Positions 52,699 through 64,000 of a DNA stretch of 64,000 nucleotides are shown one piece after another. The translations under genes were made by a program, and so were the position numbers. The notes under the pieces were generated by a model that saw nothing but the letters and a program-made list of their open reading frames with translations, had not been told where the DNA came from and did no database searches. The first letter of the stretch is position 1. The number at the start of each line of letters is the position of its first letter. Source of the DNA: Amoeboaphelidium protococcarum X5 (taxonomy: Eukaryota; Fungi; Aphelidiomycota); NCBI GenBank assembly GCA_023515725.1, contig JALDTO010000158.1, positions 372,001 to 436,000 on the forward strand. Direction: 5' to 3'.

Positions 52699-53282
52699 TT
52701 TCTCAGTCGTTTCACCCGTTAATGCAATGCTCTCGAGTAAAATGTTTCATCTGACAGATTATAGCGGTTTGTGATCACGACACGTCACACACTCTCTACT
52801 CTATCAGTATATTTCATCCAAACTTTCATGGGATTTGAGGTTCTTGAAGCCAACCGGTCAAGCAGCTTTCAGCGTCGATCAACTTCTCGTGAGTTGTTTG
52901 TACGAGTCGCTGTGACACTAACCGGCGTTAGAGAATGTTTCGTTGTATCGTGGAGCTGAAAATTTCCAGTGTCTGAGAGAAAAAATTTTAAATCCGATCA
53001 CGAACTGGTTAAAATCGTCAAAGGCACGATGCAAAGGCTCAAGTCTGACACTCCCTCACGGGTGGTAAGGACCGTTGACGTCTACTGCAACGAACTATAC
53101 GCGGCAGATCTAGGTTCAGTGATATTCATTGCTTGCTGTTCGTGCATTCTGATGAATATATTTCGTTACTCCCCGGCCTTCGGGCCAAAGGCAGCGTCCC
53201 TTTGAGCTTTAGGTGGCCACCGAAGGGTGGTAAGCTCGACGTCTTTTTACCGCGAGTGGAGCTCATGCAGTTGGGTAGATCT
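52699..53282 (+). ncRNA. Structured non-coding region 3' of Fanzor; candidate omegaRNA scaffold / element right end
   Basis: Nested helices: AGATCTA/TAGATCT (53106-12/53276-82), ATATTCAT/ATGAATAT, GGCC-TTCG-GGCC, CAAAGG/CCTTTG, GAGCTT/AAGCTC enclosing GCCACC-GAAG-GGTGGT. Upstream: TTTCTCAG/CTGAGAGA, TTTCAGC/GCTGAAA, CTAAC/GTTAG. Confidence 0.5.
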
Positions 53283-53318
53283 AAAAACATAATCATTAAT
53301 TCCTTTAACCAAAAAGGA

Positions 53319-53399
53319 TGCGTTCTGTGAGACTCGAACTCACGCCCCCGAAGGGATTACCACCTGAAGATAACTGTATGGCCGCTAACAGAAGAACGC
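53319..53399 (-). tRNA. tRNA-Leu(CAG)
   Basis: GCGTTCT/AGAACGC acceptor stem, TTATC-TT[CAG]GT-GGTAA anticodon arm, CCC-TTCG-GGG variable arm, A73, T5 terminator. Confidence 0.88.
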
Positions 53400-53763
53400 G
53401 TATTTTGGATGAAATCTACGCGTAATTTTGGTATTATTCTACTCACGCGCTTCCTAAATAGGAAAGAGGGTGATACTAAAGGCGTCTGCGGTGAGTAGAT
53501 GGCCAATTTTATGCTGCACCAAATCGCCGAAAGGCTCCAGCTTCTCCTATTTATCTATACCTTGTTACACCATAACCAACTAATGATAGTCCAAAATCTA
53601 ACGTGATCGATTCAAAAGATCCCTCAACCAAAGGGACAAGAACACACCTCCCATAGTAACGTCATAGCGCTACTCTAAATTCCGAATGCTTTTATAGAAA
53701 GAAAATGGACACACGTAAAATAATTCAATCGGGTTGATAATGTTATCAAAAACATTAATCATT

Positions 53764-54432
53764 TCACTTTCTAAAGTACGTCAATGTTTTTCTGTTACGG
53801 CGAATCTTCTTTTGCAACTGCAAGACGCCATAAAGAAGACCTTCTGCGGTTGGTGGACAGCCAGGCACGTAAATATCCACAGGTACAATTCGATCACAGC
53901 CGCGTACCACAGCATAACTATAATGATAATATCCACCGCCATTGGCACAAGATCCCATAGAGATGACCCACTTTGGATTCGGCATCAGATCGTACACCTT
54001 ACGCAGGGCCGGCGCCATTTTATTAGTCAGAGTACCAGCGACAATCATAACATCACTCTATCGAGGACTGGCTCTAAACAGGATACCGAACCGATCCTGG
54101 TCATACCGGCTTGCAGCCATATGCATCATTTCAACAGCACAACAGGCAAGACCAAACGTCATTGGCCAGAAGGAGCTAGTCTGCGCCCAATTGATCAATT
54201 TGTCAATGGTGGAAAGGGCATACTCGGCCTTGTTCCCTTGCTTCCACAGCGTCATGTCAAACATCTTTTCATTTGGGTCTACGTAATTCACAGCTGGTCC
54301 GGTACGCATAGCTGGAGTACCACTGCTGCTTTGACCAGCACTAGTTGCCATCAGCGCCTTTTACAATGGTCTATATGGGACCAAGGCGTTCTTCGCCAAC
54401 AATGACTTATTAATTAATTTAGTTGATAGCAT
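53764..54432 (-). CDS. NDUFS7: Complex I PSST (20 kDa) subunit
   Basis: [16 protein letters not shown]...FRASPRQ(TAG)[23 protein letters not shown]...[11 protein letters not shown]...PGCPPTAE. Confidence 0.97.
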
Positions 54433-54944
54433 AGTTATTGTCGTAAGTCTGTCAATATAGCTTCTAAAACTAGCACCTACGTCAATAAATTGTGATAGAT
54501 AAATAATATTGCACTCCTAATGAAGTTGTTCAGAAAAGAGCAGAAAGAATCGGAAATTGATCCGAAAATCGCATGAGAGGTTTGCGAAAGAAAATGTCAT
54601 ATAAAAGTCGCGTCTAGTACTTTCAAGGCGATTGTACCACATTCCATATTCTTTTCTCCTCTTATCGACATTATCGACTACCAGAGTACTCTAAATACGC
54701 TCGCGAGAACTTGCTACTAATCAGTACAGGTACACCATTCTTGTAAACGTCGGAGCGTGACGTAACCTCCGAAAAGAAAGTTGTGTCGATCACATTTACA
54801 ATTGTTAAATTATCGTGTCAGAATTCAAAGTATTTATGAATTTGCTAAGATATGTTCAAATTGAGTCCCTAAAGACACACCGAAGATTATCCAAGGAGCT
54901 TTACTAACATAGATTGAGCGGCGCTTAAAAATCGACCATTGTGC

Positions 54945-55025
54945 GCGTTCTTCTGTTAGCGGCCATACAGTTGTCTTTAGGCGGCATTCCCTTCGGGGGC
55001 GTGAGTTCGAGTCTCACAGAACGCA
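54945..55025 (+). tRNA. tRNA-Leu(UAG)
   Basis: Same body as 53319-53399 with anticodon arm TTGTC-TT[TAG]GC-GGCAT; T5 terminator downstream. Confidence 0.88.
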
Positions 55026-55196
55026 TACATTTTTGACTGCATAGATGTACATTCTTCCGGCAGTTCGACTTAGTGTGATTAACGGTACCACGCGACTTCA
55101 TTCCTAGAAAAAGCTCGCCTAAAGACACTACTTTCTGGTCTTCTTTTTCGTTCCTTCTTAACAAATCGTGAAAACGTATACGAAAAATTAAAAATT

Positions 55197-56519
55197 ATGA
55201 GTGCACCCCCGTTTAAGCCTTCTGCTTAGTATCACGAGAGTGACGCTATGGATCAACCAGAGAAAGTCAAAGATTTATTGGAGGTTCCTACTGAGGAGGT
55301 ACAGGTCAGGCTTGCAGATCCCACTCAACATTTGCTTAGTGCCAGCACATTTGAATCCATGAATCTGCCACCTCCCTTGCTGAAGGGATTATATGCCATG
55401 GGGTACTAAAAGCCAAGTAAGATTTAGGAAAAGGCTTTGCCTTTATTGCTGACTACTCCTTTTAGAAACTTTATTGGCTAGTCATAGAGTGGAACTGGTA
55501 AGACTGCTGCGTTTACTTTGGCATTGCTGTGTAGAGTCAATCCCTCAGTACAAAAGGCGCAGGGAATTATATTGGCGCCAACAAGAGAGCTGGCTAATTA
55601 GATTCTGAGTGTAGTCAAAGCAATGTCTTAATTTACCCAGATATCTAGCATTCTTGCCACTAAAGACTCTATTACTCCTGGTTAGACAGTGAATGACCAC
55701 ATTGTTGTGGGCACTCCAGGAACGCTGTAGGATTTGCTGCGCAAGAGGATTATTCAAGCAGATGCTATCTAGGTGTTTATTATTGATGAGGCTGATGAAA
55801 TGTTGGATAAACAAGGCATGGGGGACTAGACTATTAGAGTGTAGAGATTCCTACCTCCTAGCACTCAAGTCGTATTGTTCAGTGCCACTTACCGGGATGA
55901 TGTGAGAAGATTTGCTGAACGTGTTGTACCGAATGCCAACATGATCCAGTTGAAGAGAGAAGAGCTTTCCGTTGATGCCATTCGTTAGCTATACTTGGAG
56001 TGTTAGAATTCTAATCATAGATATCAGGTATTGTGTGATATCTATGGATTGTGCAACATTGGTTAATCTATTATTTTCTGTGGAAGACGTGACACTGCTG
56101 ATCAGATTGCTGCAAAAATGGCTCAAGATGGCCACCAGATTACCGTTCTACACGGTAAATTGGACGCTGCGGATCGTGATCGCATCTTTAATATGTACCG
56201 CACTGGACAGACGAAGGTGCTGATCACAACGAACGTGATGGCTCGTGGTATTGACATTCTGGACGTTACTCTGGTCATTAATTATGATCTGCCAACTGAT
56301 GGACGCGGTCGTCCAGACTTTGAAACGTATTTGCACAGAATTGGGCGAACTGGCCGTTTCGGTCGTCGCGGAATATCAATAAACTTTGTGTACGATGAGC
56401 AGAGCGCGCGCGTCAACGAGGAGATTGCCAAGTATTTCGGTAAGCCTATCGCTCGTGTTGGAACTCAGGACTTGGCCTAGTTGGAGTCGGATCTAAAAGC
56501 AGCCTTGAAAGGAAATTGA
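55197..56519 (+). CDS. DBP5: DEAD-box mRNA export helicase Dbp5/DDX19
   Basis: KPSKIQ(TAG)[61 protein letters not shown]. Confidence 0.95.
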
Positions 56520-56690
56520 TTGCGTACGATACTTGATACAATCTATCTTTTATTATCATAATCTTTTGTTTACTTAATTCGTCTTGTAATTAATTGTTTT
56601 GATTTTGATGTTCTTTTGATCGATCACGACAATTTCCTCTTTTCATCATCGCCGATCAGAAATCCTGCAATACAATTATAACCTTGATAG

Positions 56691-58046
56691 ATGTAAAAGA
56701 CGAGTAGAAGTAGAGTAGTGCTGAACAAATTTGTGAGGCGATATTCGCAGAGAGTCCTTAATCAGCAAGCCGATACACAGAAAGTGGTAGTTGCTGATAA
56801 TTTTGAGCCTGTGCGGCTAGTTAGAAAGATGGGTAAGCCGTTGTATATGGATTTCCAAGCAACTACACCTACTGATCCGCGCGTTGTTCAAAAGATGCTG
56901 CCATACTTTAGCTAGATCTATGGCAATCCACACAGCAAGACTCATCAGTATGGATGGGAGAGTGAATAGGCTGTGGAAGAGGCGCGAAAGCATGTAGCAT
57001 AGCTGATTGGCGCGGAATCTCCAAAGGAAATTGTGTTTACAAGTGGAGCAACTGAGAGTGGAAATTTGGCGATTAAAGGTGTCGCTAGATTTTATAAGAA
57101 CAAGAAGAGACATATAATCACTACGTAGATTGAACACAAGGCGGTGCTGGATTCCTGTCGCGCTCTGCAGGAGGAAGGCTTTGAGGTGACGTATTTGCCG
57201 GTGGATTAATCAGGTATTTTGGATCTTGATCAACTTCGCCAGGCCATCCGACCAGATACTTCCCTAGTCTCTGTAATGACTATAAATAGTGAAATCGGTG
57301 TAATTTAGCCTATTGAGTAGATTGGTAAGATTTGCAGAGAGGCCAAGGTGTTCTTCCACACTGATGCAGCTCAAGCTGTAGGCAAAATTGAGATGGATGT
57401 CCAGAAGATGAACATTGATCTTCTCAGTGTGAGTGGACACAAAATTTATGGACCAAAGGGAATTGGTGCGCTGTATGTCCAGCGTAGACCCAGAGTCCGA
57501 TTGGAACCTCTGTTTAGCGGTGGTGGCCAGGAGCGTGGACTCCGCTCTGGTACAGTACCTACTCCACTGGTGGTCGGTTTAGGTGAAGCCTGTCGCTTGT
57601 CCATTGAGGAGATGAAGACTGATTATGAGAGAATCTCGGCGCTGAGTAAGAGACTTGTGAATGGCATAACTTCTCGTGTCCCGTACGTCACTCGTAATGG
57701 ATCCCCAGATGATAGCAAGCAATTTCCTGGTTGTGTCAATCTTTCGTTCGCCTATGTAGAAGGTGAAAGTCTGCTCATGGCTCTGAAAGATATTGCCCTG
57801 TCTTCTGGCTCTGCATGTACCAGCGCTAGTCTAGAGCCGAGCTATGTTTTACGTGCTCTTGGCACTGATGTGGAGTTGAGTCATAGTAGTATCAGATTTG
57901 GTATTGGAAAATTTACCTCTGAGGAAGATATTGATTTTGTTATTGATAAAGTTGCAACTCATGTCGAAAAGCTGCGTGAAATGTCTCCTCTCTATGAAAT
58001 GGTCCAGGAAGGTATTGACTTGAAGAGCATCCAATGGACTGAATGA
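56691..58046 (+). CDS. NFS1: Mitochondrial cysteine desulfurase
   Basis: [59 protein letters not shown]. Confidence 0.97.
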
Positions 58047-58137
58047 AGAACTAGCCATAAATAAAAGATTATTAAGTAAAATCAGATTTTGAACTTTATT
58101 TTGTGTATTAAACTACAAACTCTCATCTAATCTAAAG

Positions 58138-58644
58138 TCAAATCTACTCCATTTCATAATCTTGACTCTGCTACTCTTACTGAACGACTCCAGCACGGAC
58201 GAGCTCTTTGACGCGTTCTTTGCTTGATGGAGCGTGAATTAAATCGATTCCGTCTTTGATTAATTCCTTATTCGCCTGGAACTCTTTCTGATTTGTGCCG
58301 ATCGGCCGCAAACGATTTTTGATGAATTGACTCTGACGCGCCTCTCTGACCTCGAGCACTCTCTTCATTGCCACCAGCGTAGTCTGCATCTGCTCGCGAT
58401 CATATCTGACCGGAATATTTCTCCTCTTCTCAAACTCGAACGTTGAATCCACAACCATATCTTTACCGGCAGCCTTTCTGAAAGCCTTGGTCCACTTTAC
58501 TTTACGCGGATTTCTCTTCATTTTAAAGTTCTTGTGACACTTGCGTCGACAGAATCTAAACACCTTACTGTCGTTACGCACAAACATCATACCATGACCT
58601 GGATAGATTGTTGATGAGCAAAAGTAGCACTTTTCTAATCGCAT
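58138..58644 (-). CDS. RLP24: Ribosome biogenesis protein Rlp24
   Basis: [23 protein letters not shown]...[17 protein letters not shown]; extended through TAA/TAG to TGA. Confidence 0.95.
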
Positions 58645-58834
58645 CTTCTTTTTATGATATTTAGACGCTTTTACTTTTTGCTAGTTTGCTAGAATGAAAA
58701 TAGAATGAGTGATCGCCTATGCTTTGATGAAACTTTTGACGCGTTTTCTCTAATCGTCTTTCAGGCAACCGAAAATTGTTGATTGTCGTCATTATCATCA
58801 CTGATCTCTATTGTAGTATCGCTTAACAATTAAA

Positions 58835-59250
58835 ATGGTAAGGGTATAATATAAATTTCATCATAATTGATCAAGTATAATTTAATGTAGGCTACCCCAT
58901 TCATAGCTGGCCTGGGAATAGCAGCTGCTGCATTTGGTACGAGAGCAGCATTGAGAGCTTATAAACAGCACGGTCATAAGTTGTCGGGTGTTGCATCATA
59001 GATCAATTAGGGAATTAATAGCACTTTTGGAGCAAGTGGATATGCTAGAGGCGGATTTGAATCCAAGATGAATAAGCGAGAAGCTGCTTAAATATTGGGC
59101 CTAAGGGAAGCTGGCTTGACGCGTGATAAAATAAAAGAAGCCCACAGGCGAATCATGTTGTTAAATCATCCAGATCGAGGTGGGTCGCCGTTTATGGCCA
59201 GCAAGATTAATGAGGCTAAAGATCTATTAGAGAAGACTGTAAGAAGATGA
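58835..59250 (+). CDS. PAM18: Mitochondrial import motor J-protein Pam18/Tim14; intron 58838-58890 directly after ATG
   Basis: ATG|GTAAGG..TAG|GCT; GGFESKMNKREAAQILG...HRRIMLLNHPDRGGSPFMASKINEAKDLL. Confidence 0.93.
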
Positions 59251-59282
59251 ATGATTTAACCGTTTATATGAACTTTGTATAA

Positions 59283-61457
59283 TCATAGATTTGATATAGC
59301 TGGATTTACCGCTTCTTCTACTTGTAATGACAGTTCAGCTGCCTTGCGAGCAGTCACCATTATATCATTTAGTTGCGTTTGATCACTGAGAATGCTGTCA
59401 ATACTTTTAGATTACAAGTTTGACTTTTAATAAAGCTTCGCTATGAACGTACCCACAAGCGAGTCACCTGCGCCTGTGACATTTACAATATCCTTTATAG
59501 TCGCCGGTTGATAATGACAGATTTTAAGAGTGGCATCTTTCTTTTAGCATATTGCGACACCATCTCCACCCATCTTTAGCAATGTTATCGGAATAAACTT
59601 CGCAGTTTAATGCAAAGCTTGCACAATCTATGATGAAAATAGTTTAGAGCCTTAGTCATGTAATGCAATTCCACTCAGATTAAAATGCTTACATTCAATG
59701 TTACTATTCCCTGCGTCATTACTAGTAATCAATTTTGATACAGCTAAGAGCTCATCAATATTTGGAGACCATAAATCGACCAATAACGAGACATCACGCG
59801 ATATCATCTCCGAAAACCAAGCAGTACATTTGGGAACGCTCGTAGGCTCGAAAGTTATAAACGCATCGTGTTACTTGGCAGTCTTCATCATCTCGATAGT
59901 GAACTTGTGTGGCAAATTGGCATCAAAGCATACCACCTGCTGGCAATTATTATGCTGACTTTATTTCTATATCAGCTAAACAAATTGATTCATAATCTGT
60001 TACTGCAAATGCATCGTTGGCCTCTCCAAAAGTACCATTGATGCTCCTGCGACTATCAACTTGCCTTAAGAATCCAAAATGGCATTGTAAATCGGACTAT
60101 TGAAATCGCATTACGGGTCACTGACAAAATTGTATTCCATCTAATTGTACTAAGAACTTAATTAATTATCTTGGACACCACTATTATTGACAGAGACTGG
60201 TGAAAGTAGGTGGACACTCTTGGGAATCTTGAGCACTCGTTAACACGCCTCAGCTGCGTTCCTTGCCACTCCACCAGCCAGATAGCGCGTAGTAGATGGT
60301 GAACTAGTCTCCAAGAAACTATCCGATTTATCCATCAGCTTGGTAATAATATCCACAGCGGCTGCACCAACAAAGACGGGCTTATTAGTAACTACACCGC
60401 TATTGATGCGAGTCTAAGCTATCTGTAAAGGTTGCTTATCAGCCGCGATTCACCTCAGCTTCAATGCAATGTCTCGAGCAACTGCAGCATTGTTCTTTAC
60501 CAATGCAATATTAGCTTTCAAAGATTGGCCTTTAGTAAGCTCAGATATTCTTTTCAAAAGATATGGAGTTGTCTCTTTGCCTGAGATGCCCAACTTTAAC
60601 GATTCATCGAGAGCTAAAAAAATAGCATCATTAATCAACTAACCAGCCTCAGCGTCCTCAGATGGAATAGGAGCAGCTATCACCATTCCCTTTCTATTTC
60701 TAACCTCGCGATGCATTTGCAATGCCTTAGCCACCTCTTCAATATTAGACATCACAAGCGGGCTTTTATGCTCAGATTCTGGTGTATAAAAAGAAGGAAA
60801 CATGGCGTCTTTATTCTGACTAAGAGTAACAACAGGAACACCTTAAGTCTCTAAATACTCCAATGTCAGACCGATGTCAAGAACGCTTTTCGCCCCAGCA
60901 CAAACAACACCAACACCATGAGTATCTTAGTTCAACGGCGTACCAAGTTCCGTAAGATCTGCAGAGATATCGAACGTGTTTTACGCGTTTCTGTGCACAC
61001 CTCCAATGCCACCAGTACAAAATAGAGGGATGTTGAGAATAGATGCAATATATAGCGTAGACGATACGGTGGTAGCTCCGATATCATCAAATCCAGATTT
61101 CAGCTTTCCTCTTGCTAAAATATACGCCATATCACGCGTACTGCACTTCATTGCCTTCTATCCAATCTGTGCCAATCTCTCCAGCTCTTCCAAGTCCATC
61201 CCAACTTTCGCTTTACCATTCCATAGACATATAGGAGCAGCCAGAACCTGTCCACCACTTTGAGTCTCGATGATATCAATCAACGCTTTCGTAGTCTCGT
61301 GGTTCTGAGGATACGGCATACCGTGAGTGATTATCGTAGACTCCAATGCAACAACGGGAGTTTTATCATGCAGGGCTTGAACAATCTTTGGATGGACATC
61401 GATCCAAGATGGAAATTTGCGCGTAATTTACTTTCCAATTTGACTGATTGCTTACAT
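59283..61457 (-). CDS. Pseudouridine-5'-phosphate glycosidase (PsuG/IndA) fused to a PfkB kinase (PsuK); in-frame TGA at 60450-52 between the domains, possibly inside intron 60400-60453
   Basis: [61 protein letters not shown]; then [33 protein letters not shown]. Confidence 0.85.
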
Positions 61458-61576
61458 TGCTATCTTCTATACAATGATGTACTGAATAAACGTATAAATG
61501 AAAAATCGGCAAAGAGACTATGACAGGGAGAAAAAGCGTTTCTTCATATGGTACAACAAATCAGCTGCGTTATAAA

Positions 61577-62326
61577 TCAAATGGTAAGAATCCACAGGTG
61601 GTAAGTTCTCACCACACCAGACTCTGAGTCTTTATAGCCAATGCATTTCCCATGACGCTCAATCTTCAGACCAACAGAGTGAAACAGCGATTCCATTTCG
61701 GCGCGCGAGAAAGACGACAGTTCCTGTTTCAGCGAATCGGGCAAATGTTCCGGCATGGTAAGGCAAAGGATAGAGGACTCGGACTTCATAAAACGCACAG
61801 CATTACCCAAGAACGCTACCGGATCTCTGATAAAGTCCATCACGCCGACGCAGAGAAGAATGTCATAAGCTTGGCCTCTGAGTGCATCAGGATACGGGTA
61901 AGACTCTAGATCGTGCTGGATCAATTCGCGGAAATTCAGCCGTTCTTTCGCTCTGCCCAACATCTCTTTAGTCGCATCAACACCATAGAAATCGAAAGAG
62001 TAATCGGTACATGCCTTTTAATACTTTGCGAACGGAGCACAGCTTTAACCAGTTCCACATCCCAGATCCAGCAGTGACAGAGACCCTCCTCCCTCTGATT
62101 ACTATTTAAGCTATGGAGACAAAGCTCTGGCAAATTATGCACGCTCACGAAACCAACTCAGTGCCCAATTAAACAAAATTGTGGGCGACGGATAGCTTGC
62201 ATCGCCATCAGCAGTAGAATCCACTTCTTTGTCATATTACTCGGCATATTTGGCGTAAAATTTTTAGATTTCAGTCGTGTTCCACATTTCATTTTATGTG
62301 CCGTGCTGCTCTTGTACGTTCGGCAT
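61577..62326 (-). CDS. Class I SAM-dependent methyltransferase
   Basis: FYAKYAEQYD, LLDLGCGTG, GVDATKEML, HDL, YDILLCVGV. Confidence 0.88.
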
Positions 62327-62483
62327 TTCTAATGTATTATAATTATTGCTGTATAGTATTGGTAGGAGTAACTTGTTATTGACAAACTGAGTCGTGTTAT
62401 AATTTCTAAGTAAGAAAGACGCGGTAAAGCACGACGCGAAACAGACCGAGAGAGAGAGCTAAGAGGTAATATGAATAAAGAAT

Positions 62484-63878
62484 TCATTATTTTACAAGGC
62501 CATCAAAGTATTTAACAAGTTCCACAATCTGCTTTTTCTTCTCCTAGAGAACATCATACTGAAGACGTAAAGGTTCTAGCTCCGAATCTAATTGATTCAC
62601 CCTGGCCGTAAGTTTCTCGTCTTACTGCTTTACGCTTAAAAGATAGTCATATAAGGAGTTCAAAATTACATCTTGGTTCTTTCTAGATAACTGAGGATAG
62701 GTATTTCGGGATCTATCTGGTTGATCTAGATTGAGGGCCTGCATCACATTCTTCAATGATGCATGTTCGCGCTTTGTAATAGAAATTTAATCCTGAATAG
62801 AATTCAGAATGCAATACTTGTCTTTAATACCATCAGTCGCTTTAGATAGAATGCTATACAAACTCTACAAACGCTTAACAAATGCAGTCCATTCTGCATC
62901 GCTTGGCATAGATTTTCTCAAAATTTATATCTCTTCCATCCATGTGGCAAGTTCTTCACGTTTATGACTTATCTCTGCATTTATGGTAACAACACGCTGT
63001 TCGCCATCTCTGATTTCATTAGCCAGTTACACCTTCTACTGCTTGGCAGTTTTAAGATCTTGTATTTAAATTTCAACCTATTGTATTTAATCCTGTTTCA
63101 TTTGTAGTGAGTCTTTCCAAGTCTCTTATACTTGATGTAGTTACTGATTAACTTGTTCTTGACTATACAATAACGATGCAATTTAATGTACCTCTTCAGA
63201 GTCGTAATGAGTATCGACAGGTGCCAAGTTACTTACTAAGGAACTTTAGGGGGAATGCCGTTTCAATTAGTTCAACTCATCTTCCAGTTGATCAATTTCC
63301 ACCATCAGAGGGATTAAATTGAAAGCAATTTAAGACTCCTCTTCCTCAGTAGACTTTACATAGTATTCCAAAGCTTTGCTCTTCCAGAATTCAAATGCAC
63401 TGTGATTAAGGCCACCAGATAACGCGTCTGCACCTCGATTTCTAGCATTCTATATAGAATCGAGTAGAAAGAAGAATACTTTAGTGATGGCTGGAAGATC
63501 AAGTCCTTGAATCTAATGAGGCTCCAGCTCAGTCACATAAGCAGGCACGTATACGCTCAATCTATCAGCGAGGAAATGTTCATCGCGTAAGCAGTCAACC
63601 ACCACCTCTGAGAGTGCAATCTTGTGGCCAAGTGGTGCATTTTATGAATAGTCTAAAAGCAGATCGCTCATCCATGGGGCATTATTTGATGACAGCTATT
63701 ATTGATCATGAGAAAGGTCATTGTTATCTCCAAGCAATGATATCGATATCACACACCATGCAAATCCCTCAAGAATTTTATCGAATATACCCAACTCTCC
63801 TGATAAAGCTCTATAATATCCAAGATTAGTCAAAACATCTATCAACTATTGCTCTTCAGAATGATTAATTGATGACAT
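62484..63878 (-). CDS. CCDC93: Coiled-coil domain protein 93 (CCC/Commander complex)
   Basis: LGYYRA....FDKILEGFAWCV...GHKIALSE...LEPHQ(TAG)IQGLDL; C-terminal coiled coil with MPSDAEWTAFVKRLQSLY. Confidence 0.82.
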
Positions 63879-64000
63879 TGTGTGTCGGCTCTCCTAAAGT
63901 CATTCGGCGTGTCAAATTTAACGATGAAAAGGCGACTGACTCTATTACAGTAGTGGGAAAATCGACTTAGAACAACAAGAGATTACATAACAAGATAAAT

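Noticed and set aside
51642-53102. Group I intron (IStron-like) motifs: S-like AAGATATAGTC at 51642-52 and R-like CTGCAACGAACTATACGC at 53085-102
   Set aside because: Wrong order (S before R), the S-like match lies in coding sequence, and no P7 partner follows the R-like motif. An Infernal search would settle it.
53165-53266. Resemblance to RNase MRP/P RNA (TCCCCGG...GGAGCTCA)
   Set aside because: No GAAAGUCCCC-type CR-I or convincing P4 helix; not fully excluded without Rfam.
49264-53318. Terminal inverted repeats or Helitron ends for the Fanzor element
   Set aside because: None found by eye; only a 9-bp TAGGTGGCC direct match (49450, 53210), too short to support.
53319-53399. tRNA(CAG) as a CUG-reassigning Ser/Ala tRNA
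   Set aside because: A73, U33 and near identity to tRNA-Leu(UAG) indicate Leu identity, and CTG occurs at conserved Leu positions.

Overview
Gene-dense, intron-poor eukaryotic nuclear DNA with fungal/opisthokont-like proteins. TAA and TAG encode Gln and TGA is the only stop (translation table 6), so the supplied ORF track is broken into fragments. This code in a fungus-related genome fits the aphelid Amoeboaphelidium protococcarum; that assignment is an inference. Re-read with TAR=Gln, the window holds about 30 genes: NAA20/NAT3, three tandem secreted Gly-zipper proteins, RRP14/SURF6, eIF3i, a GPI-like protein, YME1, PEBP, three non-RD receptor-like kinases, Ariadne RBR E3, a vWA-TM-NPxY integrin-beta-like protein, SEA4/MIOS, APE/ExoIII, ADAM, eIF2-gamma, an HMG-box factor, SMC6, RPL24, DBP2, NPC1, a signal-peptide MYND protein, NDUFS7, DBP5, NFS1, RLP24, PAM18, PsuG-PsuK, a methyltransferase and CCDC93. 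There are four tRNA genes: a UUA-anticodon tRNA that would read the reassigned codon, and Leu-AAG, Leu-CAG and Leu-UAG. The standout locus is 49.4-53.3 kb, between two tRNA-Leu genes. It contains a disrupted Fanzor1/TnpB-like RNA-guided nuclease gene written in the host code, a 5'-truncated LINE fragment with a 27-bp target duplication, and a strongly base-paired ~600-nt non-coding region that is a candidate omegaRNA. All coordinates and translations were done by hand.
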